From assembly GCA_963806225.1 (NCBI GenBank), contig CAWDXG010000004.1, forward strand, positions 256,001 through 320,000: a DNA stretch of 64,000 nucleotides. Reading direction: 5' to 3'. This document shows, piece after piece, positions 41,474 through 52,056 of the stretch. A program made the position numbers and the translations under genes. The notes under the pieces are model-generated. The model worked only from the letters and a program-made list of their open reading frames with translations, was not told the DNA's origin and did no database searches. The stretch comes from an uncultured delta proteobacterium (lineage in GTDB: Bacteria > Myxococcota_A > Polyangia > Polyangiales > Polyangiaceae). The stretch's first letter is position 1; every line of letters begins with the position of its first letter.

Positions 41474-41692
41474 ATGAAGCTGCGCCGGGTCCTGCTCTCT
41501 CTCTGCACCGCCGGGGGGCTCTTGATCGCCGCTCAGGCGCGGGCCGACTCGCTCGTGCCGGCCCAGGGCCAGCCCGGCTACGACGCTGCGCTGGCGCACA
41601 AGGCCGACGACTACGGACGCGTGATCCACGCCATCATGACGCCATCGCTCGGCTGGGGGCTCGAAGCGGACATCGGCGACCCCGACAACCGG
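41474..41692 (+). pseudogene. N-terminal fragment of a secreted protein, cut by repeat copy 6
   Basis: Signal peptide MKLRRVLLSLCTAGGLLIAAQARA; runs into the repeat after ~73 codons. Confidence 0.7.
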
Positions 41693-41865
41693 AGGGCCAG
41701 GAAGTCCAACCCCATTCCCGAAGTGTACGCCTGGCGGCAGAGCCGGGACAGTGGAGCGGGGGTCAACGGCGCGGATCGGCGCGGACAGGCTGGTGGAAGG
41801 GCGTAACCACCGGGAATCAGTGGACATAACGCCCAGACTGCGAAGTCGTCCCCGGGCCTATGCTG
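41693..41865 (+). repeat. 172-bp array repeat, copy 6 (+1 C, as copy 5)
   Basis: Same variant as copy 5. Confidence 0.97.
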
Positions 41866-42354
41866 AACAAGGGCATCATGAACGGCGTCGATACCGTGGT
41901 GCTCGCCACCGGCAACGACTTCCGCGCCGTGGAAGCCGGCGCTCACGCTTTCGCCGCGCGCTCCGGCCGCTACGCGCCGCTCGCGGTGTGGCGCCGCGAC
42001 GGCGACGACCTGATCGGCGAGCTCGAGATGCCGCTCGCGCTCGGCACGGTCGGCGGCACCCTGCGCGTGCATCCCGGCGCCCGGCTCGCACTGGAGCTAA
42101 TGGGCGTTACGGAAGCCTCCGATCTCATCATGACCGCCGCCTCCGTCGGCCTCGCCTCGAACCTCGCCGCGCTGCGCGCGCTCGCCACCGAAGGCATCCA
42201 GCGCGGCCACATGTCCTTGCACGCCCGCTCCGTAGCCATCGCCGCGGGCGCCACCGGCGACGAAGTCGAACAGGTTGCCGGCGCGATCTGCGACGCCGGC
42301 AACGTCACTGTGGAAGCGGCGGAGGCGGAGCTGGCAAAGCTGCGCGGTGCGTAG
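41866..42354 (+). pseudogene. mvaA: Class II HMG-CoA reductase, C-terminal fragment
   Basis: [49 protein letters not shown]; begins in the middle of the conserved THNKG motif. Confidence 0.9.
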
Positions 42355-42494
42355 CGGCACAAGCGCTGGATTAGCGGCACAAGGGCGCGCTTCGCTCGAC
42401 CCTCCTGCGATCGAAATGCGCCGCCCGATCATCGCTGCCGTTACTGGTAGAATCCGGTATCATGGGTCCTGGTGGAACAACCTATGGGGTGGTC

Positions 42495-43727
42495 ATGATG
42501 CAAGGAAGAGGGCTGGAATCGGGGCGGCGCTTGCAGGGACTGGCTCTCGCACTGGGACTGGCCGCTGTTGTGGTGGCGTGTTCCAGTGGCAATTCGACGC
42601 CGGCCAAGGGCACGGGCGGCACGGGGGCATACGGCGGCTCCGGCTACGGCGGCTCCGGTTACGGCGGCTCCGGCGTTGGCGGTAGCGGCGGCCTGGGCGG
42701 CAGCGGTGGCACCGGTGGCAGCCAGCCCAGCATCGACTGGGGAAAGGTCATCGCGTCGCCGACTGCTCCTGGCTGCAAGTCGCTCTTCGACTACGCGGTG
42801 CTCGACAGCCAGTACGCGTACTACACCTGCGAGGGGGACCCGGCGACCTACTCGAGCACGCCACAGTACACGTTCTTCCGCGCGGCGATCCCCAACGGAA
42901 AACCGGAAGGTCTGCTGACCACGGATGGCAAGCTGGAGATCATGACCAAGGACGACGCCGCCTACTATCTGTGGAAGTGGTCGAAGTACAACTCCAGTAC
43001 GGGCTGGGACTACCCCGCCGTCGAGCGACTGCCGATGGGAAGCCAGACGCTTCAGGAGCTCGAAGCGCCACAAGTCAATCAGCCGGGTTTCATCACCCAG
43101 GACCAGACCGCCCTGTTCATGGGGGACGGCGGCGCCTACAAACTTGGAAAGCTGGATGGAGCGTTCTCCGGGGTCGCGTCCACCATGCGGTCCCCCGTCG
43201 AGGACGCGTGGCTCGCGACCGACCAGCTCGAGTGGGTGAGCGGCTCGTACACCGGCGCCGCGCCGGCCGCCTACCAGGTTCCACAGGCCGGAGGCCCGGG
43301 CGGAGGTGCCACGCCGCAGAAGCTGTTCGACTTCCCCGACCTGTGCATCGAGGTAGTACACGATCCTTCGACGGGCGGCTTCTGGGCCTTCTGCCTCAAG
43401 ACCGCGCAGGATCAGGTTGTCGACGTCATCCACTACACGGCGCTCGGCCCGCAGAGCACGCAGAAGCAGGTCACCTCTGGCGTCGGGCTCGCCGGCATAG
43501 GCCACGGGCCGATGGGAGTGGGCTCGAAGCTGTACTGGCTCGACGAGGGATATGGATCGGGCGGCCCGATGTCACTCCGCTCCGTCGACGCCAGCGGCGC
43601 CACGACCACGCTGCTCCTGCCGGAGGACTGCAATATCTACACCGTGCTCGACGGTTACGTGTACTTCAGAGCGACAGGCAGCGACGAGCTCCGCCGCGCC
43701 GCGCTGTCGGACGCGAAGACACCCTGA
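42495..43727 (+). CDS. Lipoprotein with Gly-rich linker and beta-propeller-like domain
   Basis: Lipobox VVAC, GGSGYGGS repeats, YW/YF-rich strands. Confidence 0.75.
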   Translation: MMQGRGLESGRRLQGLALALGLAAVVVACSSGNSTPAKGTGGTGAYGGSGYGGSGYGGSGVGGSGGLGGSGGTGGSQPSIDWGKVIASPTAPGCKSLFDYAVLDSQYAYYTCEGDPATYSSTPQYTFFRAAIPNGKPEGLLTTDGKLEIMTKDDAAYYLWKWSKYNSSTGWDYPAVERLPMGSQTLQELEAPQVNQPGFITQDQTALFMGDGGAYKLGKLDGAFSGVASTMRSPVEDAWLATDQLEWVSGSYTGAAPAAYQVPQAGGPGGGATPQKLFDFPDLCIEVVHDPSTGGFWAFCLKTAQDQVVDVIHYTALGPQSTQKQVTSGVGLAGIGHGPMGVGSKLYWLDEGYGSGGPMSLRSVDASGATTTLLLPEDCNIYTVLDGYVYFRATGSDELRRAALSDAKTP

Positions 43728-43781
43728 AGCGGGACCCCCGCGAGCTGGAATCTGGATTGCACGGCGGACGTTTGGCCTGGG

Positions 43782-44225
43782 ATGAGCGCCAACGAGATCC
43801 GTGAGTTCCAGCTCTCAGACATGGAGGCGGCGACAAGCCTGCTCGAGGAGCTCGGCTACCCCTGTGGAGTGCCGGCCCTGGCAGCACGAGTGGCCCCGAT
43901 TCTCGAATCCGGAAGGGACTTCATTCTCGTAGCGACGCACCAGGGTCGCCCCGTCGGGCTCGCGAGCGTTCATCTGATCCCGATGGTGCATCGAGACGGC
44001 TCCGTCGCGCGCCTCACGGCCTTCGTCGTCACCGAGAACATGCGCGGACAGCGGCTGGGCTCGTCTCTTCTCGATGCGTGCGAGCGCGACGCCCGAGCAC
44101 GAGGGGCAGAGCGGATGGAGCTGACGAGCGGAGACGCGAGAGCCGGCGCGCATGCCTTCTACGAGACGCGCGGCTTCCAGCGCGAAGGTCAGCGCTTCAC
44201 GAAGAGGCTGGCTTCCGACGGGTAG
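43782..44225 (+). CDS. GNAT acetyltransferase
   Basis: FVVTENMRGQRLGSSLL, AHAFYETRGF. Confidence 0.9.
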   Translation: MSANEIREFQLSDMEAATSLLEELGYPCGVPALAARVAPILESGRDFILVATHQGRPVGLASVHLIPMVHRDGSVARLTAFVVTENMRGQRLGSSLLDACERDARARGAERMELTSGDARAGAHAFYETRGFQREGQRFTKRLASDG

Positions 44226-44280
44226 CGCGACTCCTTCACCGCACGCGACGCTTCGAGTCGGATCGCGGGCTCGCCGGGTG

Positions 44281-44452
44281 AGGGCCAGGAAGTCCAACCC
44301 CGTTCCCGAAGTGTACGCCTGGCGGCAGAGCCGGGACAGTGGAGCGGGGGTCAACGGCGCGGATCGGCGCGGACAGGCTGGTGGAAGGGCGTAACCACCG
44401 GGAATCAGTGGACATAACGCCCAGACTGCGAAGGCGTCCCCGGGCTATGCTG
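44281..44452 (+). repeat. 172-bp array repeat, copy 7 (two substitutions; repeat ATG becomes ACG)
   Basis: CCCCGTTCCC and GAAGGCGTCC variants. Confidence 0.97.
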
Positions 44453-44984
44453 AGAGCACGGCCTTCACGTTGTCCGCGCCGTGGTGGTGCACGGTGTACG
44501 CCGTGCTCATGAACTTGTACTCGTGGTCGGCGTCGCCCCAGTGCACGTCGCCGGTGCAGTACGGGACGTAGACGTGGGTCCAGTCGCGGAACGGATTTCG
44601 CGGGTCCGAGTGGTCGAGCAGGCCCGTCGCCACGGACTCGTCCGACATGGCGGGCGGAATGCGCATGTGGTCCACGAAGATGTGCGCGCCAGGCGTACAG
44701 CTGAGATAGTCCCAGCAGGCTCCTCCGCCCTGGAACTCGACAATGACCTTGTTGACCTTGCCGGGCCGCACGAAAAACTCCCACGGCTGCCCCCGCGCGC
44801 ACATCGTGTTGGCGCCCGGTTTGATCGTGTTCCAGCCCTGCTTCAGCTGATCCAGCGTTGGCTCCGGACCGTAGTGTGGCGTCTTGTTCGAGGCCTTTGT
44901 CGTGCTGCTGCCGCAGCCCGCGGAAAGCAGCCCACAGCCCAGCACGACGAGAACCCACCCGAATACCCGATTCCCCTTTGCCAT
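44453..44984 (-). pseudogene. Pectinacetylesterase-family lipoprotein, C-terminally truncated at the repeat
   Basis: FQGGGACW, NPFRDWTHVYVPYCTGDVHWG; ends before the GxSAG nucleophile. Confidence 0.85.
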
Positions 44985-45014
44985 GCTCGAAGCATCGGTC
45001 CGGAGCGCGAGCGC

Positions 45015-45443
45015 ATCCCCCTGTCCCGCTACGCGCTGTATTCGCAGGGCATCGAGCTGTACCTGGCTCCGACCTGGGATGCCGGAGAATCCTGGATCGG
45101 CAGCATGCAGCACATCGCGCGTGAAGGGCGCTGCTGGGTTGCCAGCGCAGCAACGGCGCTCCAGGCCAGCGATCTGCCCGCGGACATGCCCGGACGCGAG
45201 CAGCTCTTTCCCGATCCGGATGAATGGATCAATCCTGGCGACGCCGTGGTGATCGCCCCCGGCGGCAAGATCGTCGCTGGCCCTCTGCATCGCGACAAGG
45301 GCGTGCTCTTCGCCGATGTCGACCCGACCGCCGTAGCGGTTGCCAGGCGCAGCCTCGACGTTGCCGGACACTACTCGCGACCGGACATCTTCCGGCTCGA
45401 GGTCAACCGCGAGCGCTACAAGCCGATCGACTTCGACGACTGA
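45015..45443 (+). pseudogene. Nitrilase / C-N hydrolase C-terminal fragment
   Basis: PLSRYALYSQGIELYLAPTWD, HIAREGRCWV, LDVAGHYSRPDIF; the catalytic E-K-C region is absent. Confidence 0.85.
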
Positions 45444-45510
45444 GCGCCGGCGCCGCGATGGGAGCGGGGCCTCGCTCCAGCGCCTCGAGACGGGGCGTCC
45501 GGTGCGGGTT

Positions 45511-46440
45511 TCAGGGGCTCTTGCTGTGCTCCGCCTGGGCTTTCTTGTAGGCCTTGATCAGCTCGCGCTGACCGTCGGACAGGTCCTTCTTGTCGGTGTC
45601 GCTCAATGGGTTCTTCGGCGCCCTCTCGGGTGGGATGGCGCGGATCCGTACCGTGGCACCGGGAAGCGAAGAGGTGGGCGGGCCCTGCTGCGTCAGGCTG
45701 TACGGGGTGATCGGGTAGCGAAGGTCGACCGTGAGGCGGCATCGACCGTTCATGGGCACCTGCGTATTGCCCGCCTCTGCTTTGGGTACCTGCTGCGACA
45801 CCTCCAGCTTCAAGTCGACGCGTGGACCCTCGTGCTTCACGAGCTCGAAGCGCCGGGTCTCCTTGATGCCCGTGCTGACATCCTGCTGCAGCTCCCAGCG
45901 CGCTCCAGGCCCCACAGCCTGCTCGGGCAGGGGCAGCGGCACGATCATGGAGGCGAATTTCGTCGCGTACTTCTCGTCGGAACGAGGGAGGGCGTCCATG
46001 CGAACCGACTTCGTCCGACCGACAGGCGTAGTCGACAGCATGAGCCTCCCGGCGGGCGAATCTCCGGCGGGCCGGATGGGCGTGAATCCGATCGCGAACG
46101 CACCGTCGTGGACGGGACCGACCCGGACGGTGGCGCTGAGCGGGGTCTTCAGGGAACCGTTCCCCCACCGGAACGACAGCTCGATCCGTTGCTTCTCGCC
46201 GCCTTTCCACTGGTAGCGCAGGCGGCTTCGCGGCTCCGCGCCCGCCGATAGCAACTTCGGCTCCAGGTGCGGGGGCTTGACCGCGTGCTTGGGCAATGGA
46301 CCCTCGAGTGCCTTGGGCACTCCGGCGCTCCGCTCCGGCGCCACGTCACCGGGTGCTTTGTGCTTCTTGCAACCCGCTACTGGAGCCAGAGCTCCGAGAG
46401 CCAGAACGAAAACGCCGCCCTGCCGAAGTATCCGTCGCAT
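45511..46440 (-). CDS. Hypothetical lipoprotein
   Basis: MRRILRQGGVFVLALGALAPVAGC lipobox; LLSAGAEPRSRLRY, PLPEQAVGPGARW motifs. Confidence 0.65.
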   Translation of the reverse strand: MRRILRQGGVFVLALGALAPVAGCKKHKAPGDVAPERSAGVPKALEGPLPKHAVKPPHLEPKLLSAGAEPRSRLRYQWKGGEKQRIELSFRWGNGSLKTPLSATVRVGPVHDGAFAIGFTPIRPAGDSPAGRLMLSTTPVGRTKSVRMDALPRSDEKYATKFASMIVPLPLPEQAVGPGARWELQQDVSTGIKETRRFELVKHEGPRVDLKLEVSQQVPKAEAGNTQVPMNGRCRLTVDLRYPITPYSLTQQGPPTSSLPGATVRIRAIPPERAPKNPLSDTDKKDLSDGQRELIKAYKKAQAEHSKSP

Positions 46441-46479
46441 GCCACCCGAGCCTAGAGCGACACGACCGGCAGCGCGCGT

Positions 46480-46908
46480 CAAGAGCGTCGACCGGGCCGC
46501 CTGCCCGGCGACGTAGAACGTGAGGTGCGGCTTGCCGGGATAGGGCATGCGCTTTCTCGGCTCGAAGCTGCCCGACCCCCGCTTCACGACGAGCTCGTCT
46601 TGCCCATCGCTTCTGCTATGGCCCGCTCCGGAACGCACGGCCGTCACGTTCAGCGCGAGCGTTGCCGAGTCCGCGGACGCCAGCGTGTACGTGCCGCGCA
46701 CCACGTAGCCGCCGCCCGGCTCGAGATCGCCGCGCGTCCCCCGCACGGACGTGATCGTCACCGCGTCGCCGGTCTCGAGGTTCGACGTGGTCGGCGCGAC
46801 CGCGACGTCATAGGTGAATCGCGTTCCCGGCGGCACCGAAGCGTCGACCCCCGTCGCGCTGGCGCGCTCCGCCGTCGCCGGGATGGAGCGCGTTGCGCGC
46901 CGCACCGG
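46480..46908 (-). pseudogene. Internal fragment of another hypothetical protein adjoining copy 8
   Basis: GDAVTITSVRGT...YVVRGTYTLAS...GKPHLTFY protein-like segment with no start of its own. Confidence 0.45.
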
Positions 46909-47080
46909 AGGGCCAGGAAGTCCAACCCCATTCCCGAAGTGTACGCCTGGCGGCAGAGCCGGGACAGTGGAGCGGGGGTCAACGGCGCGGATCGGCGCGG
47001 ACAGGCTGGTGGAAGGGCGTAACCACCGGGAATCAGTGGACATAACGCCCAGACTGCGAAGTCGTCCCCGGGCTATGCTG
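46909..47080 (+). repeat. 172-bp array repeat, copy 8 (consensus)
   Basis: Exact consensus. Confidence 0.97.
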
Positions 47081-47262
47081 AAGCCACAGGGTCGGCGATG
47101 TCACCGCCACCGCGCTGCTCCTTGCGACAACCTCGCAGAACTACTTCGCTGAAGGCGACCGCGGAACCGTCTCGCCCTCACGCGACCGGTCGCACGCTGC
47201 CGCGCAGCGGCTTCGTCCAATCGCCGTTACGCGATCTCCCGCGCTGTGCCGCTGGGGATGCT

Positions 47263-49095
47263 TCAGGTGCCGCCCCCGCTCCCACCGCTTCCCGACGAGC
47301 CGGGACACGCTCCCATATAGGCGACATAGGTGCCAGCGTTGCCCTCGCAGGCGGTCTTGAACTGCGCGAACGAGGCGTAGCAGTGGCACCCCGGTTGCTG
47401 GCACTGGTCGGCCGGGCACGACTCATAGGTCATATACTCAACATAGTCGGTCCCCATGCAGCAGTACTGCGCCTTCTCGGTGCTGCACGGACCCGGAAGC
47501 CAGTCATCCATGGGTACGTCGGCGGCCGCCGCGGCGCTACACGTAATTTGAGTACACCGGACAAACCCGGTCGCGTAGCGCTGGTTGGCGTGGCAGATCG
47601 TAGCGCCGCTGTTGGAAGGCACGGGCGGCGGCGGCGGACGCAGCGTTCCGTCGTACGAGATGTAGTTGCACATGATGTTTCCGCTTGCGTCGCGCTGGTA
47701 GCAAGGGTCTTCATCGGCAATCCACGGGCAGATATGGGAAACAGGCTCGAAAGCCCCGGCCTGGACTTCGTCGTGGCACAGGTAGACCAGGTGTCCGTCA
47801 TCGGTGATCGCCCCGAACTCCTTGTCCGCGAGCCGTTTGAACACGAGGTCGGTCGCGGGCGCGATCACCTTCGTGGTGCCCGTCGAAGGATCCACGTACC
47901 AGCACTCGAGCTTGCCGCCCTTGCGGATGCCGCAGACCCCAGACTTCATCACGCGGACGTCTTCAAACGCGCCCGAAGGCGGAGTGGGCACCGTTACGTT
48001 TGACGGCCCCCAGCACGCAAGCTCCCCCGAATCCGAACGGATCGCACAGGCAAACCCGAGCGAGCTGACCTTGCTGAAAGGCCCCGTCGGGACGTTGTTC
48101 GGCCAGAGCGTAGGGTCTGCCGCGTCGGACCCCTCGAGCCAGCAGCGGACCTCGCCCGTGCCCTCGACGACGCCACATCCCCTGTCCATCTGGGAGAAAG
48201 CCACGCGCTCGGGAGCGCTACCGTTCTGCCAACAGGTCACGTACGCCTTCCAGCGGATCCCGTCATAATTCGTTGCAGGATAGGGATCCGTCTCCAGCAT
48301 GCATCCCTTCCCCGTCCCCGCGGGCAACGTGTTGTCGTAGTACACGCGGCTCAGAGAGGGATTCGCCGAACCGTTGTCAATGTTGGTCGTCCAGCAAAGA
48401 ACCTGGTGGTTGTCGCGCCGCAAGCCGCATCCCAACGTGAGCGCCGAGAAAGGTGCAGCGGGCGTAGCGCATAGGTCCGCGTTGCGACATTGATCGGGGG
48501 AAACCCCCATTGTCGTCCCGTTGGGGTCGAAGATACCGGTACAGCTGGGGATTCCATCGGTCCCGAAGCCGCAGAACTGTGGACCTCCAAGGTAGTTCGC
48601 CGCGATGTCGGTGAACTGCTTGGCCGAGAGGTTCGTCCCGAGGACGAGCTGGGTCACGGCATCGGACGGCCAACTACTGACAAACACCGGGTCGCGACGA
48701 CGCGTGCCGAACTGCAGGAGCCGGCCGTCCGCGGCGCGAAGGCCCACGTGAAGGTAGTCACCCATACCGTTATAGTAGGCAGTGGCAGTAGCCACCTTTT
48801 GGAAGCGCGCGCTGCGCGCCACCGCATGGGCGAGGGTCTCCACAGTGGAGCCCCCGTCAGTGGAGCCGCCGCCCCCACCGGCATTGCCGCCGCCGCCCCC
48901 ACCGGCATTGCCGCCGCCGCCGACACCGGCATTGCCGCCGCCGCCGACACCGGCGGCGTTACCCGCGCTATTCGAGCCGCATCCGACCGCTGGCCCGGCG
49001 AGCATGGCACACGCCCCCAGCGTCAGGACCACCCTAGCCCACCGCCCAACTCGAGAGGAAACCGCCGCACTATGACTACTCTGAGATCGCATCAA
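47263..49095 (-). CDS. Cys-rich lipoprotein with RCC1-like repeats
   Basis: Lipobox AVGC; GGGGNAG repeats; FACAIRSDSGELACWG, CGIRKGGKLECW. Confidence 0.75.
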   Translation of the reverse strand: MMRSQSSHSAAVSSRVGRWARVVLTLGACAMLAGPAVGCGSNSAGNAAGVGGGGNAGVGGGGNAGGGGGGNAGGGGGSTDGGSTVETLAHAVARSARFQKVATATAYYNGMGDYLHVGLRAADGRLLQFGTRRRDPVFVSSWPSDAVTQLVLGTNLSAKQFTDIAANYLGGPQFCGFGTDGIPSCTGIFDPNGTTMGVSPDQCRNADLCATPAAPFSALTLGCGLRRDNHQVLCWTTNIDNGSANPSLSRVYYDNTLPAGTGKGCMLETDPYPATNYDGIRWKAYVTCWQNGSAPERVAFSQMDRGCGVVEGTGEVRCWLEGSDAADPTLWPNNVPTGPFSKVSSLGFACAIRSDSGELACWGPSNVTVPTPPSGAFEDVRVMKSGVCGIRKGGKLECWYVDPSTGTTKVIAPATDLVFKRLADKEFGAITDDGHLVYLCHDEVQAGAFEPVSHICPWIADEDPCYQRDASGNIMCNYISYDGTLRPPPPPVPSNSGATICHANQRYATGFVRCTQITCSAAAAADVPMDDWLPGPCSTEKAQYCCMGTDYVEYMTYESCPADQCQQPGCHCYASFAQFKTACEGNAGTYVAYMGACPGSSGSGGSGGGT

Positions 49096-49268
49096 CCACG
49101 CCTCCGGAAGGAAGTCACAATGTCAAGGGCGTCTTCCGAGATCCATGGGTAATTCCTTGAGGCCGTGGACGCCGGCTCGGCCCGTAAGGCAGACGCTCAT
49201 CGAGCGCGTAGGTAGGACAAGCGCCCTCGCTCGGCCTGGTTGCCTGCGCTCTCGGACTGGTTGTCCGG

Positions 49269-49874
49269 ATGCACGTGACGGTCGGCATTCCCCACGGCAA
49301 GGTGGAGGAGCGCCTGGTCACCGTGCTGACGGGGCCGGAGATCGAGCGCGTGCTGGCGGCAACGCAGTCGGCGAAGTACCGCGCCATCTTCATGCTGGCC
49401 TATGGCGCTGGGCTCCGCATCGGCGAGGTCTGCGCCCTGCACGTCGGGGACATCGACAGCCAGCGCGGCCTCATCCACGTGCGCGCAGGCAAGACCGGCG
49501 AGCGCTACGTTCCGCTGGGAAAGCGCGTGCTCGCGTTGCTGCGTGACTACTGGAGGGCGCACCGCCCGCCGGGCCCCGAGCTATTTCCCGGACGCGGAGC
49601 GCGCCGCACACTGTGCCGCAACTCGGTGAAACGGGTGCTCGACAAGGTGGTGCGCGAGGCCGGCATCGACAAGCGGGTCACGCCGCACACCTTCCGGCAC
49701 ACCTGCGCGACCCATCTGCTCGACAGCGGCGTCAACGTGCGCAGCGTGCAGGTGATGCTCGGGCATCGCTCCATCAAGAGCACGGCCCACTACCTGCACG
49801 TCAGCCAGCAGCGCCTCGCCGCGCTGCCGAGCCCGCTCGATCTGCTCGGTACGGCGCGCGGCAGCCGCCTCTAA
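49269..49874 (+). pseudogene. Tyrosine recombinase catalytic domain (N-terminal domain missing)
   Basis: YGAGLRIGE, GK, HTFRHTCATHLL, LGHRSIKSTAHY; only ~200 aa. Confidence 0.85.
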
Positions 49875-49892
49875 CCGCTCGGCCCGGTCGTC

Positions 49893-50890
49893 ATGCCGTG
49901 CGTGGGCACGGCGCCCGCTCGCCCTCGACTCGAGGTCGCAGACATCCTGCGCGCCGAGCTCGGGGACGATGCGGAGCGCCCGGGACTCGGTGCCGATCAG
50001 CGGGCGGCAGCGCGGGACATCCTGCGCTGTCGCACGGCTCGACTCGGCGGTCATCTCGAAGTCTGCTCTCACTGCGGCTTCGAACGCCCCGCCTACAACT
50101 CCTGCCGCAACCGCCACTGTCCGAAATGCCAGGCGCTCGCTTCGGCGCGCTGGGTCGAGACGCGCATGCGACGCGTGCTGCCGACGCACCACTTCCACGT
50201 CGTCTTCACGCTGCCGGCGGAGCTGCACTCTCTCGCCCGCCGCAACCGCGCGCTGGTGTTCGAGCTCTTGTTGCGGGCCGCGGCCGAAACGCTGCTCGAC
50301 CTCGCTCGCGACCGGCGTTGGCTCGGCGAGCCCGCCCAGCTCGGCGTCACTACCGTGCTGCACACGTGGACGCGCGAGCTTCGCTTCCATCCCCACGCCC
50401 ACTGCATCGTCACCGGCGGCGGGCTCTCGCTCGATCAGCAGCGCTGGGTGCCTGCGCCCGCCGACTTCCTGTTTCCCGTCCGCGTCCTCGGCGCACTGTT
50501 CCGCGGCAAGCTGCTCGACGCCCTCGCCCGCGCGAGGCGACAGGGCCGACTGCTCCTGCCCGACTCCAGCCCAGACGACCGCGCCCTGCGCCGCCGGCTC
50601 GACCGGCTCTATCGCCAGAGCTGGGTCGTCTACGCCAAGCGGCCTTTCGGCGGCCCGGAGCAGGTCTATCGCTATCTCGGCCGCTACACCCATCGCATCG
50701 CCATCAGCAACGCGCGACTGATCGCCGACGACAAGCGCGGCGTCACCTTCCGCACGCGCGGCGGACTCACCGCCACGCTTGCGCGTGGACAATTCGTGCG
50801 CCGCTTCCTCGATCACGTGCTGCCGAGCGGCTTCGTCAAGATCCGTCACTCCGGATTGCTCGCCTCCGGCAACGTCCGCTCGCGACTCGA
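49893..50890 (+). pseudogene. IS91-family (Y2) transposase, C-terminus cut by repeat copy 9
   Basis: NSCRNRHCPKCQ Zn finger, HVVFTLP, HPHAH (HUH), YLGRY (YxxxY), FVKIRH. Confidence 0.9.
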
Positions 50891-51062
50891 AGGGCCAGGA
50901 AGTCCAACCCCATTCCCGAAGTGTACGCCTGGCGGCAGAGCCGGGACAGTGGAGCGGGGGTCAACGGCGCGGATCGGCGCGGACAGGCTGGTGGAAGGGC
51001 GTAACCACCGGGAATCAGTGGACATAACGCCCAGACTGCGAAGTCGTCCCCGGGCTATGCTG
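50891..51062 (+). repeat. 172-bp array repeat, copy 9 (consensus)
   Basis: Exact consensus. Confidence 0.97.
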
Positions 51063-51087
51063 AATGCGTCGCATGGTGCGCTCGTGA

Positions 51088-51187
51088 TCACTTGGGCGTG
51101 AGCTTCATGACGGTACCGTCGCCGCCGTTGGTCCAGTAGACGCCGGCGCTGTCTACAGCGACACCATCAGGGCGCGCCTGGTCGCTA
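51088..51187 (-). pseudogene. C-terminal scrap of a beta-propeller protein
   Basis: SDQARPDGVAVDSAGVYWTNGGDGTVMKLTPK*. Confidence 0.45.
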
Positions 51188-51266
51188 AGACATCAAAACG
51201 CTCGCGTACGCCGGGCCTCCGGCGCTCGTCGAGATGGCTCTGTTTGGACGGTGATGAAGCGCGAGA

Positions 51267-51746
51267 TCACCGGTTGACACAAGCGCCTTTGGGTCCGGCA
51301 AATCCGTTATCCTTTCCTGCGCATTGGCAAGTACCGGAGGTGTCGTAGCTGCAGGTCCAACTCACGTCCTGTGCCGGCCACGCGCACATCTGATTCGCAG
51401 GACAGTCAGTGTCCTTGAGGCAAGGGTTGCCCAGCGTTCGCAAACAACCGGTCGCTGTGTACGGACTACTCACGCTACCACAGCTGACCAGTTGCGTTCT
51501 GCACGTGTCCTTGAACGAACACGAGCTGATCGTTCCCTGAAGACGAGCACAGCTTGCGCCAGCCGACCCGCCCGTATTGGCAGCGGCAGCGTCCCCGTTG
51601 GCGGTTGCTCCCCCAACGCCGGCGGAGCCACCGCTGCTTCCGGCCGGCCCGACCCGGCCACTGCATGACAATGCAAATGCGCACGACACTGCCAAGAATG
51701 CGAGGTGTCCGCGAACCCGCCCTGCTTGACCTGGGATGCACTGCAT
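51267..51746 (-). CDS. Small Cys-rich lipoprotein
   Basis: ALSC lipobox, Gly/Ser linker, CLKDTDCPANQMC. Confidence 0.6.
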   Translation of the reverse strand: MQCIPGQAGRVRGHLAFLAVSCAFALSCSGRVGPAGSSGGSAGVGGATANGDAAAANTGGSAGASCARLQGTISSCSFKDTCRTQLVSCGSVSSPYTATGCLRTLGNPCLKDTDCPANQMCAWPAQDVSWTCSYDTSGTCQCAGKDNGFAGPKGACVNR

Positions 51747-52056
51747 AAGTCCTCCTCCGACATCGCTACGGGTAGTCGGCCCGTAGAGTCGTCAAGTAAT
51801 GAACCAGCGTAGTAGTCATTCGGAACCCTGATCCGCCATAGGTCCCTCCGCCGAGGTTCCACACCATGTTGCCAATAACATAAGGCCCGTTTGACCCTGG
51901 CGAATAACTGTAGGGCCAGGAAGTCCAACCCCATTCCCGAAGTGTACGCCTGGCGGCAGAGCCGGGACAGTGGAGCGGGGGTCAACGGCGCGGATCGGCG
52001 CGGACAGGCTGGTGGAAGGGCGTAACCACCGGGAATCAGTGGACATAACGCCCAGA

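Noticed and set aside
46909..47080. Recurrent ORFs MSTDSRWLRPSTS..., MERGSTARIGADR..., MCPLIPGGYAL... as a protein family
   Set aside because: They are translations of the repeat in different frames, and indels between copies do not preserve them.
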